NCBI GenBank assembly: GCA_043228905.1
Contig: JBHGNT010000021.1
Coordinates: 13,020,001 to 13,084,000 of the forward strand
Source of the DNA: Azolla caroliniana
Taxonomy: Eukaryota > Plantae > Polypodiophyta
Reading direction: 5' to 3'
Length of the DNA stretch: 64,000 nt
Part shown: positions 51,320 through 62,900 of the stretch, in pieces
Layout of the letters: each line of letters starts with the position of its first letter
How positions within the stretch are numbered: the first letter of the stretch is position 1
Notes under the pieces: model-generated
Databases searched by the model: none
Seen by the model: the letters and a program-made list of their open reading frames with translations, nothing else
What the model was told of the DNA's origin: nothing
Position numbers and translations under genes: made by a program

Positions 51320-52303
51320 GCGTGCTTGCCTCTCAAAGGCTCGATTGGTCTGCCGTTGTCGGTCACTCGTTGCCGCTCTTCCGGGTGCATGCTTGCTTCT
51401 TGGCCCTTCGTCGATCGTAGTGCATGCCCCGTTTTACGCCGTAATGCATGCTTCGTGTTACACGCTTCTCCCGCCGTAGTCCCGACCACCGCGTCGGTCT
51501 CTTCGTGCTTCGTTGCGGTAGCCCCTTGCTACTCCCGCTTGCCATCTTGGCCGTGCTCGTCCGCCTTCACGCACTGGGTACCCGTTCCGGTCTCCGACTC
51601 CTCGCCGCCATCCGCCGTCTCTTTGGTCTTACGTCGATCCGCAACCACCAAAGTCTCTAGAATAGGTGGGGAAGGTCCTGCTCATTTCCGGTCTTCCACG
51701 GAACCGTAGTCATCATGCCCGCTTGGCCTCCTTCTCGTGCTCACCGGCTCCCACCATGTGTTGTGGCTCGTTCGCCTCGACCTCCAATCATGCCGACTTA
51801 CGCTTCACCTGTATCGGTCTCGGCCGATCGAGTTCCGGTTTGGTCGGCTCCCTTCCGTAATCGTAACCGACTGGTACATGTTTGTGCGAACAAATCCGTC
51901 CTTGCCGTCTCTTCAATCTTCCTCCGCGTCGTCTTCCGGCCGTGTCGGATTATCGACCGGTTCATCTTTCGGTCGGGTTGGTTCCCAACTCTCTCCTTGT
52001 TGCCGCTCCTGGCCTCTCCTTCTGTACCTTTCGGTATGCCCGTTCCGGGCCTCGCATCCTCTTTGTATGTGCTCGGTTCGGGCCACGCCTTCTCACGGCC
52101 ACCGCCCATCTCTCCGGTCTCACATGGGCTCTCGGGGCCGACCGCCGAAGTCTCTAGAATAGGTGTGGGAAAAGTCTCGGTACCATCACTCATCGAGGTC
52201 ATGTTTGTAGCCACCTTCGTTCAGATGTCGTGGTCCGTGGCTATCTCATCCCTGGTTACGCAAGCCTCGGTTATGCTTGCTACCTCCTCGTCCTCATCCT
52301 CGT

Positions 52304-53650
52304 TTAGGTTGCCCGCCTTGCCGCCTTGCCGCCTGTCGCTCTAGGTCTCACGCCGGCACTCAGGCTGACCGCCGGAGCCTCTAGGACCGGCGTGGGTAAG
52401 GACCCGGCAACACCGCTCGTTGTGTCCGTAGCCGCCTCCGTCCGGACGTCGTTGTCCGCGGCTACCCCGCCTCCGATCGCGCAAGCCTCAATTACACTTG
52501 CCGCCATCTCGTCCATGTCGTCGTCTCGGTTGCTCGCCTTGCCGCCGCCACCGCCCGTCGCTCTAGGTCTCATGCCGACACTCGGGCCGACCGCCGGAGC
52601 CTCTAGGACCGGTGCATGTAAGGTCGCGGCACCGCCGCTTGTCTCCTCCCCACTCGATGTTTCGGGCCGCCATGTCCCGAATCCGTCGTTACCGGCCTCC
52701 ATGGCCATCCCTTCACCGCAAGGCAAGAGGGTCGCTTGCTCCACACCCTCTCCAATGTCTTCGTCGTACGCTCTCCCGACCTCTGTATAGGCCCCGTCTT
52801 CTACATTTAGGGAGGCTTCTTCCTCTGCATCCTCCGATTTCCTTCGGCCCGACTCCATAATAAGCCCTTCTTCGGCTTCAATTTTCGCCTTCACAAGCTT
52901 GCATGCCTCCCGTATTAGCACTTCTAGGTAGAGCTCCTCCGAACCGTTTTGCGTTGAGCTCTCTTCCGGCGGTAGTGCGTACTCACTCGCTGCTCTCTCT
53001 TCTCCGCCGCTCGCGGGTCGTGTTGTGGCCGACCGCCTCGCATCATGTTGCCGGCACACCCATTCCACCTCGGACCACTCCTCGGTGAGACCATGTGCTC
53101 CATAATCATCTTGAAGCTCGAATAAGATGTCCGTCCTCTCCTCTTGATGGATCATCTTCAAAAAAAGGAGGACTTTGTCCACCCCCACCGATCTCCGATC
53201 TCGCTCCGAGAGTTGAGAGAAACGACACTCGAACTCTTGGAATGCCTCCCTCGCGCTCCGATGACGCCTCGCCGATGCCACCCATCGATCGAACTCATGT
53301 CGACCTCTTCCTTCCGGTTCCGTGTACCCGTATGCCTCCAATAGGGCTCCCTCAAAGGACACCCACGACTCATGAGCTTCTTGTAGCTCCTTGACCTCCT
53401 TGTGCACAGATACGACCGCCACTCAAGGAAAATACTCTAGCCGCATCGCCTCGTCTATGCCCCCTTTTGCCATCTCGGCATTGTAGGCTCCCAAAATTTT
53501 TAGGACCTCATTCCCATTGAACCGGCCGACTCGATCGACCACCCTTTTGACGGCTTGTTGAGCTACATCTCGCTTCGCCATCTTCCATCCGGCTTCCATC
53601 ACGATCTTTGCCATCATCTCCTCGAAGTCGAAGTCTTCTTCCATCTCCAT
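52304..53650 (-). pseudogene. gag-like ORF of element D (one in-frame stop at 53423)
   Basis: VVDRVGRFNG, KVLLFLK, GLTEEW, homologous to the Gag N-terminus of A, B and C. Confidence 0.85.
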
Positions 53651-55023
53651 GCTCCCTTGCCGCCCTTCACGTCGGGTTCACCAAAGATGTCGCGTTGTTA
53701 CGCGCGTGCGTGTGGAAGGGGCAGGACCACGGGGGGTCTTGGACAAGGGAGTGGAGGAGAAAGAATAAGACACAAAATGGAAGCTTAGCTCAAGAGGAGG
53801 TGAGAAAAAATAATACAATAACATAGAATAGACGGGGCAAGATGCTCAACAAGTTAGTTTAAGGAAACATAAACGCTTTACAATGGTGGCCATCATGGCC
53901 GCACCAAACGACTATGAGAAAAACCCTAAAGGAAAACCCAAGAAGAAAACCCTAACCGAAACCCTAAAACCGAATAGGAAACCCTCAACCTAACTGGTAT
54001 GTCTCTCTCCCTCAAAATAGGCAACCCCTCATAAGTGACCCCTCCCTTCCTTTTATAGCCCAAGGAGGGAGGGACCTTACAATGTGGGATAAAATTGCCC
54101 TCTTCTTTCTACACACCATTTCCTAGTATACACGTGCACATGTTGCACACCACCGATTTGCCCTTTCCATTTCCTAGTATACATTCTTATCAAATGCACT
54201 AAGGGTGGCCATTGGACAACTTAGGATATCATCTCACCAACTTGAGATTGAGAATGGTCGAGCTAATAGAGTCCCTAGAGAGAAAAGACTATGTAGGTTA
54301 TGCCACATAGAGATAGAGGATGAGTATCACTTCACATGCAAGTGCCCAACTTATGCCGAGATACGGGCGGAATACCAAGAATTATTAGGACCCTCTCCCT
54401 CCCTCTCCAAACTATTAGATACCCTGAGTGTAAAAACACTAGGTAGGTATATCTTAGAGCTAAAACAACATAGGGAGAATAAATTACAAAGTGTTAATCA
54501 TAACCCTTTTACTATTCATCAACATGTAACTTGTGTAATTTTTCAAGAACAAGGGGAGACGATGAATGTGGATACACTTACGCCGCTTGGCCTCTCCCTT
54601 GAAGAAGTAGAAATACAAAGAACAACCAAATGCCCTCAGATGTTGGGCTTCAAAACAAGTCGACGTGGAGTAGAAGCTATGGTTGGGGTACCTTTTACAT
54701 TGGGACCACGGGCCACATCCACATCGCAACCCTTTGACCTCCCGCTTCTCTTCGAGAGACTTGGAGGGAAATGAAATTAGGCCTAGTATAACATCTTTTT
54801 GAGAATGGGTAAATATCCCATTTTTTGTAAACCATTTGTCTCATGGGCGAAATTTGGCCTTAGAAGACGTTAATATATCTTTCTTTCTTTCTTTCTTGGG
54901 GAATGTGAAGACTCATAGTCATGTGGAATATGTAGCTCATTAGTTATGTGTCTAATGTCTAGAGAGTTGTGGTGTGACTCTTGACCTTTGAGTAATCATG
55001 GATTCTCAAAAGGTGTGTTCACA

Positions 55024-55625
55024 CGTTGTGTTATGTTGAGCTTGATTCTCAACAGTGCTAAACTGAAAGTTGTGGAAAATGGCCAACAAATACATGCACA
55101 TAGTTGTGGGAATAGGGCAGTGGAAAGAAATGCTTTTTATTTAATGGATACGTATCCAAAAGGTGGTAGGATAGATCAAGTCAGAGATGTAGTCGATAAG
55201 ATCTCAGTTCGTGATGTGGTGTCATTGAAGGCATTAATAGCACGACTGATTTTCATGAAAGTTGGAAGGTTTAGAGCATAGACAATGTCAGGTTGAAGAG
55301 AAACCAAGAGATGAGCAGGCTGAAGAGAATCCAGGAGATAGTCTCCCGCAATGTTCTCATTACAGGATATGGTTCTAATTTGAAACCAAGTTGAAGCTTC
55401 TGTCACATTTGTAGATACTATAAAAGTTGTTGCTAGCATTGGACCAATAGAAAAGGGCAGAGAAATGCATGTATAGATTGAGGAGATGGGCAGGTTGAAG
55501 AGAAACCATGTTGTTGGCAATGGATGGCTTGATCTATATGCTAAGTGTGGAGTCTTAGAGAAAGTACATGAACTGTTTGATATGTTTCCAATTCGAAAGA
55601 TAGTCTCCTGCAATGTTCTCATTAT
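55024..55625 (+). pseudogene. Decayed PLS-class PPR gene remnant (upstream part possibly 37745-37898)
   Basis: GQQIHA, RDVVDKISVRDVVSLKALIA, GREMH, LDLYAKCG..KVHELFD..RKIVSCNVLI. VLPKACA lies just left of the Copia. Confidence 0.8.
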
Positions 55626-56989
55626 AGTTCAGTGTTTTTAAGCCAATGGTCACATGAGATGGAAAGAAGATTCCTATACGTGTTCACCGTTCTTTGTAGT
55701 TTTATATTGTGAGACTTTGTAGTTTTTATTGATCTATCACGGCTACATCCTTTATAAGGTTGTCAATCTAATCATTTTGTCATGTAGGTACAATTTATAC
55801 TAATGAAGAATATGTTTTTCGTACAAAAAAGGGGGAGGGGGGGGGAAGAATAATAGGACGTGATGGAAGGAATTTAAGGGAATCATGAGAAATCTCTTAT
55901 CGAAAGGGCTGTCATAGCAACCTGATGTAACCGACCCTCCTTGGAACTATAAAAGAAAGGAAGAATGATTGTTAGGGATCATCATTGTTTTAGAGGGCGA
56001 AGTTACTGTTGGATTGAACACAGATGACTTAGGAGGGAAGGGAAGAGTTTGTTTCTGTTTGGTTTCTGTTCTATTTTGTGGGCTAGGTTCGAGTGAGGCC
56101 TCTGCTCACATGACGAGCCTGTGTGCTCTCATCGAGAGGCCCACCACCATGTGTCTATCGAGATTTAAGCTTTGTTACCCGGCCTAGGGCCATTCATGTA
56201 TTTATTTCGATTACTATTAATAGATTCATTATCTTCAATATCGGGGTGTGAGTTGCGTACCGTTGTCGTGATGTGGCATGCCGAGTTGGGGGAAAATCTG
56301 GTGAAAGGGGGTCAAAATGTATATGTGCAATGTGTGTGCACATAAAGGCAATTAATTGTGCACATGCAAAAAAAAAGGGAAAGGGAAGGGTGCAAAGGAG
56401 GTATAGAAACTCGTGTAAAAGAGAGAGGAGAGACGAAAAGTAACAGAGAGGAGACAAACTATGGATTTCTAGATTAATACGGTTATTTTATAAATAATAG
56501 AGAGTTAATACGCTAGTGGATAGACATATCGACTCCTAGCTAAAGGTGCACGACTCAAATCCGATTTGACAATGTACCGTGATTTAAGGAATTTTATTCC
56601 TTTTGCATTGAAGACGAATGTGGCGATCCCCCTTCCTTTTTTTCCTATGAAAGGAGGTTGAGGGGGGACGTTTTGGGTGGAGGAGACTATCGCCATTTTC
56701 CTTTCGGAGCTCATCATCATCATCATCATCACCAATTTTCTTCATCTCATACCCCTTCATCCCCTCATCACCATGTGCTCGTCTTCTTCGTGTTGACGCT
56801 CGAAGTGCTCGAGTTGTTTACGTTGCTCGTGAGCTCGAGGCTTGTTGGCTCGGTGTTGCTCCCCCGTGTGTTCGCCGTTTGGGTGGTCATGGTTCGTTGG
56901 GGTTGGCATTTTTGTGGTGTGGTGTGCTCGTGTGCTCGTCCGTATTCTTCGTGTTCGTGCTCGGTGTTCGGACTTACTCTTGTCTCGAA

Positions 56990-57320
56990 GGGCATTCACT
57001 ATTTGTGTTTGTGTTCGCACTCGTGTGTGAGTTTGTGTGTTCCTTGTACGTTCGGCCATCTTGTGATGAGGGAGATGGCCGAGGGAGTGTTTCAGGTGTG
57101 CCCATGCACCTCTCCTCCTCATAAGGACGTATGAGGATTTGTGTTTGTGTTCTCGTCCCTTTCCTTGTATGTTCAACGTATTGTGACGAGGGAGAGTTTC
57201 GGGCTTGCCCATGCACCTCTCCTCATAAGGATGTACGGGCACTTGTGTGTGAGTTTGTATGTTCCTTGTACGTTCGGCCGCCTTGTGATGAGGGAGCATT
57301 TTGGGCGTGCCCATGACACT
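56990..57320. repeat. Imperfect ~110-bp tandem repeat, probably an LTR or leader remnant
   Basis: About three copies of GTTC..TTGTGA(T/C)GAGGGAG..TGCCCATG(CACCTCTCCTC..ATAAGGA). Confidence 0.6.
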
Positions 57321-57419
57321 AGAGGAGCTCACGAAGATGGTGCATGATCTCCATATTGCTTAGGCTCGATGAGATGGCAGGGGTCCTTCTTGTGACTGGC
57401 AGCCACCTCATACCCTTCG

Positions 57420-58205
57420 ATGCATGTGGTGCAATAGCGATAACCACATCCGACGAGACTGCGCCGACTTCATCAAGGCCCTGAGGAACAATGTGGTATA
57501 CCTACAGAATGATCGCGTACATGCTAGTGAGACACGAAGGCCCCTCGAGATGAACACTAGACGAGGCGGCATGAAGAGGATAATGGAGGAAGTAGCGGTG
57601 CGTTACGTCAAGGCCATCCATTACTCGACGTATGCCAATATCCAGGTCAGAGGGGATAAGAACGTTGGCCCTAAAAAAGACACCATATTCTAGCCGATGG
57701 TGTTGAAAGGCTTCTCAGGGAAGAAGCTGAAGAGGGAAGAAGCGGATCCCGCGGAGAGGCAGGTCCGAGAGGTCACCAGATGGAACGATCCGGTGGAGGA
57801 GAACACCAGCTTCGTAGAAGCTACATGTCAAAACTATGAAGTTCTGGTCGACAACAAGAGGGTCGGGAAGGCCAAAGGGGCAGACCCCTCAGGCAGATAC
57901 GAGACCCAGAGTGGACAGAAGAAAAGCGATGGGGATCTGATTAACCCTTAGGAAAAGGGAAAGGGCAAGTTTCTGAGCTTCCGCCTGACCTCAGAAATAG
58001 AGAAGTCGACAGACCTATGGAAGGTCTTGGAGGAGCGAATCCTTGACAATTGAGTGGAACTCACCTTGAGGGAAATGTTGGGTATTTCCAAGAAAGAGTT
58101 CCACGACACGAACATCGACCTTGTAAAGAGAAAGCGGCTCTCGGTAGAGCTAGAGAATGGAAAGTTGGTTGATGTAAGCACGACGGTTATCGACGAAGGA
58201 TTTCT
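57420..58205 (+). pseudogene. Old gag fragment of the Trp-primed family
   Basis: CMWCNSDNHIRRDCADF..NNVVYL, FVEATCQNYEVLV and VLEERILD match the B and C Gag. Confidence 0.88.
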
Positions 58206-58213
58206 ATAAAAGT

Positions 58214-59505
58214 GCTCATAGAGCACATTGTATCTACAAAGTGATATTTTTTGAATTGGAGTTCATGGTGTTCGCTCTCTCGGTCTCTCCCGCGTTCACT
58301 CTCTATGTATCTTGAAGCTTCGATTAAACTTGCACATATTATCTGTTGATATCCAGTGGAGTCGGTTACGTCTACGAGCTTCCGCATGTAACTCTTTTCC
58401 TGGTATTAGAGCGCGAGGGTTGAAAATCCTCTGTTGCCGATAAAAAGCGCTAAGTAGACAAAGACAACCTAACTTCCGGAAAAGAACAGGTCGAAGAAAG
58501 AACGGATAGAGGTACTATGACTAGCTCGTTACCAATAGAGAAGCTCGACAGAAATAACTACACATTTTGGTCATACAAGATACACTAGTACCTGCTCGGA
58601 CACAGATACTAGAGCTATGTTGAGGGAGCGACTGAAATAGCACCGGAGACGGCACACGAGGACTTCTCGGCATGGGAGCAAGGAGCGAGCTGAGTATTAT
58701 ACTGCCTCGCATCCTGTGTGCACGACCAGATGGTCGGCTACATCAAGAATGCAAAAATGCGCCGAAAGAAGCCTGGGAAAATCTGAAGAAGATTTTCGCG
58801 GCAAGCACCACGACCCAGAAGTTGCAGCTCCGACAAGAGCTGAACAACATCTGACAATGGGATATGTCGATTACCGACTATACCACCAAAATAAAGGAGA
58901 ACTGCGACGCACTGGGGTCCATCAACGTGATGGTGGACAAAAACGAGATGGTCCAGATTTGCCTCAATGGTTTAGCGCAAAGGGACATTGATTTGCACCC
59001 GAGAGAAGCCTCCATCCTTCTTCGACGTGGATGGTCGAAGAAAACCACGTGAGTGGGTTGAGGACCATTCAATTGGACAACCAGATGCTATACACCGAGG
59101 CGGAATGGCTCCGTGGGCGTGGAGGACGAGGTGGGTTGGCACGCAACAGTGCCGACCGACAAGAGCAGAATCAGAGGCACGAAGATAGTGCCAACAGTAG
59201 TTCTGAGCCCTCCACGAGTAGGGGGAGTCAAGGCGGTGCCAGGAACTGGCAATAAAAAACCGGAACAGAATGCTGGTGTTGTGGCAAGAAAGGGCACCGA
59301 GAAAGCGAGTGCTGGAAAAAGCGTGTCGACTTGAATAAATCCGGTTCCGGCAAGGCCGGACAAGGGAATCGGCAGAGCTCGCACTATGCAGAAGGATTGG
59401 AAGGATCCGGAACCGGAAAGAACAGTAAAGGGCCAACTTTGGTGATGAAGCACAAGGCGAACTCGATGAAGAAGATCACTTCCGAATCAGAGGAAGTGTG
59501 GTGGG
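58214..59505 (+). mobile_element. 5' fragment of a Copia (LTR remnant, iMet-like PBS at 58402, gag from 58517)
   Basis: TGGTATTAGAGC, MTSSLPIEKLDRNNY, PKEAWENLKKIFA..KLQLRQELNNI, and a CWCCGKKGH knuckle. Related to the 37899-55023 element. Confidence 0.85.
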
Positions 59506-59981
59506 TAAAAGCATGCGAGTGGAAACACTATTATAGCTAATTAGCTACTAAAATGGCCATAGCTAATTAGCTATTTGTTTAGCTAGTCTTTCTTGTGGGA
59601 AAATCAAATATTTGAAAAACTAATTTATGAAAAAACTCAAATATTTGAACTTCTGTTTCAGACGTAGTGGAACTTGGGGAATATCACCATCATCTAAGGT
59701 CGACTTCAATGTCATCAATTTCCTGTTTAGCCTAAGTCTGATTTTGAACGCAGATGGAGTACTCAGAGCACGAACGCAGACGTAGCTCCCGCAACAGCAA
59801 AAAATCGACATTGCAGATTGAGAGCTACAACACAGAACCCGCTCGATCATCGTCCAGGTATGTTTCAGTTACAGAAACCCCAAACATTTGTTTTTTCTTT
59901 TTGACTACTGTCTGAACTTTGGTGCCGATTCATATTTCCCCAAAATCGAATAGGGCGAAGTCCTTGGAGTCCCATACAAGG

Positions 59982-62900
59982 ATGTCTCGCAAATCGGGGA
60001 GTAGCAACAGGTGTGTTTATATTACTTTTTTTGTGTTTAATCCTGTCTTTAGTGATTAGGGTTTGTGATTGAAATTTCTGATTAGGGTTTGTGATTGAAA
60101 TTTCTGATTAGGGTTTTTGATTATAAATTTCTGATTAGAATTTCTGAATAGGGTTTCTGGTTACAAATTTTGATTACAAATTAGAATTTCTGAATAGGGT
60201 TTTTGTTTATAAATTTCTGCTTAGGATTTCTGATTAGGGTTTGTGATTGAAATTTTTTATTAGGGTTTCTGATTGAAATTTCTGATTAGGGTTTTTGATT
60301 ATAAATTTCTGATTAGAATTTCTGAATAAGGTTTCTGGTTACAAACTTCTGATTACAGATTTTGATTAGGGTTTCTGATTTCAAACTTCTGATTACAGAT
60401 TTTGATTAGGTTAAGTTAAAGATTTTGCACCATTTTTGTTGTTGTTGATTGGGGTTTTTGATTCTCACATATTCTGATTTTGCACTATTTCTGATTTCTG
60501 AAATGATATTTCAGATGGCTCGTTCCTCCGTATACGAGAGTGCTAAACTTCGCAAAATTTTGCGAGACAAAGGAGGACTTCCACAACACCTATGGTCTGT
60601 CACTCGAGGGTGTTGACCCTGCTGTCCTAAGTGATAAATTGATCAGTGATATAGACTGGATGACAATATATACAGTGCCTAGAGTCAAAGGCAAGGTCAA
60701 GCTGAAGCATGTACGAGCCGACTTGTACGATGACTGCATGAGACTGCACCAGAAAGTTCATCAGGAGATCCCAGTCAACAATGAGTTGTCAGTTTCATTT
60801 GCTAGAGCATTTGCATATGAGTACTGCAAAACAGCGAAGGAATCTAGAGACCCTGAAATGTATAGGGTAGCTTGGGCAGTCTATGGTGAGGCATCGGTAA
60901 AAAGATGCCGAAAGATGGGGACCTTGGCACAAAAAATAGACAGATTTTGGAGCATGGCAGCTGTTGATGCAACTGCCGACTCCCAGCAAGACCGGGGGCA
61001 TACACCACACCGACACCCAAGGAAAGCCAATGTCGATGATACAGGTGAGACATTGGTTAGCTATATGCTAAAAAATGTCCATGAAGCCTGTGAGACATTG
61101 GCATTTTTTAAGACTGATTTAGAGAAAGCCACAATGGCTTCTGCAATGGAGAGCAAAGTTACTTCTGCTGTTACAACAATTAGAAATAAGATTCAGGTAA
61201 CTATTGTTTTGCTGGTATGTGATTGTGTTATAAATAACGGGTAAAATGTGCTAATCAAGCATTATCTGGAATAGGTTGCGCAACAGGAGCTTGAATTAGA
61301 GGGGCCACTGGATCCCCAGCGTAAAATAGAACTGCAAATAGAGATCCAGGTTCTTTCAATGAACCTGGACCTTCTAGGTGTAAATACTGTTGCAGATTAC
61401 AATTTGGATAAGCTTCAAGTAAGTTAACGATTCCTGAGCAAAGTTGGTGTATCTTTCAACAACAAGAATAATTAATCGGTAAATTTCTCTGTTGCGTTGA
61501 AGGAACAATACATTCATCAAGAACAGGTAGTTAGCTGCCTTAAGAAGAAGCTACATTTTGTGGAGGGAATGGTAAGGACCAGACAGGATTTGGACCTGAA
61601 CATTCTTGCTCCCTTACCAAATGAAGTAGAACCAGAAAATGATTTATTGACAGTTCAAGCACGTTGCATCGCTTGCGGGTTAGGTGTGGAGGACAAAACT
61701 GCGTCTTTGTTGGTTCACCTACAACCATGCAACCACACATACCATCTGCTTTGTTTTCAACATGCCTGTCGAATTGCTGCATTCTGTTTGGGAGATTGCA
61801 GTACAACTCTACCAAATGAGTGGAGAAAACAAACAGGTATACCATATTGTAGCTAATAAGCTTAGTCTTTTCTAATTAGCTATCCTACTAGCTAATTAGC
61901 TACTGGCAGCTAATGAGCTACTAGCTAATTAGCTATCCTAGTAGCTAATTAGCTATGGTACTAGCTAATTAGCTAGTACCATAGTTGTGTAAAAAAGCTA
62001 AATAGCTATCCTACTAGCTAATTAGCCACTGGCAACTAATTAGCTATCCTAGTAACTAATTAGCTACTGCCATAGTTGTGTAAAGTACCTAATAAGCTAT
62101 CCTAGTAGCTAGTTAGCTATGGTACTAGCTAATTAGCTAGTACCATAGTTGTGTAAAAAAGCTAATTAGCTATCCTACTAGCTAATTAGCTACTGGCAAC
62201 TAATTAGCTATCGTACTAGCTAATTAGCTATCCTACTAGCTAATTAGCTATCCTACTAGCTAATTAGCTATCATAGTAGCTAATTAGCTACTGACATAGT
62301 TGTGTAAAGTAGCTAATAAGCTATCCTAGTAGCTAGTTAGCTATGGTACTAGCTAATTAGCTAGTACCATAGTTGTGTAAAAAAGCTAATTAGCTATCCT
62401 ACTAGCTAATTAGCTACTGGCAACTAATTAGCTATCCTACTAGCTAATTAGCTATCCTACTAGCTAATTAGCTATCCTACTAGCTAATTAGCTATCATAG
62501 TAGCTAATTAGCTACTGACATAGTTGTGTAAAGTAGCTAATAAGCTATCCTAGTAGCTAATTAGCTACTGGCAGCTAATTAGCTATCCTAGTAGCTAATT
62601 AGCTACTGGCAGCTAATTAGCTGTCCTAGTAGCTAATAAGCTATCCTAGCTACTACATAGTTGAGAAAGTAGCTAATTAGCTTTCATTGTAGCTAATTAG
62701 CTATCCTAGATACCACCATAGTTAGTAAAGTAACTAATTAGCTATCCTAGCTACTACCATAGTTAGTAAAGTAGCTAATTAGCTATCCTAGCTACCACCA
62801 TAGTTAGTAAAGTAACTAATTAGCTATCCTAGCTACTACCATAGTTAGTAAAGTAGCTAATTAGCTATCCTAGCTACTACCATAGTTGAGTAAAGTAGCT

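Larger units (their letters stand above)
48979..54169 (-). mobile_element. Element D: non-autonomous gag-only Trp-primed element with a truncated 5' LTR
   Basis: LTRs 48979-49496 and 53688-54169, perfect PBS 53666-53683, PPT at 49497-49509. Internal blocks shared with element A. Confidence 0.93.
43281..54893 (+). mobile_element. 5'-truncated LINE (ORF1 remnant plus APE-RT ORF2) with a (CTTT)n tail, interrupted twice
   Basis: APE motifs from 43939 (WNCNG, VETH, GDFNAR, VDY). RT motifs QAGFR, VDYRKAFD, GCPLSP, YVDD. C-terminal CRLC..EDEYHF..CPTY. TSD TCTTG(A/G)GGAA at 43271-43280 and 54894-54903. RTEX/L2-like clade is an inference. Confidence 0.92.
37899..55023 (-). mobile_element. Ty1/copia element whose 5' LTR is split by a LINE
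   Basis: 3' LTR 37899-38336, 5' LTR 42990-43280 plus 54904-55023. PBS TGGTATCCGAGC at 42978-42989. Decayed polyprotein about 42812-38460 with [45 protein letters not shown]. No clear TSD. Confidence 0.92.

Noticed and set aside
55850-56700. Additional solo LTR with a CCTCCTTGG..CTATAAAA promoter block
   Set aside because: The block resembles the family promoter, but no termini or TSD could be defined.
60050-60490. Interstitial telomere or chromosome fusion scar
   Set aside because: Not tandem TTTAGGG; the motif is embedded in a 26-bp unit within an intron.
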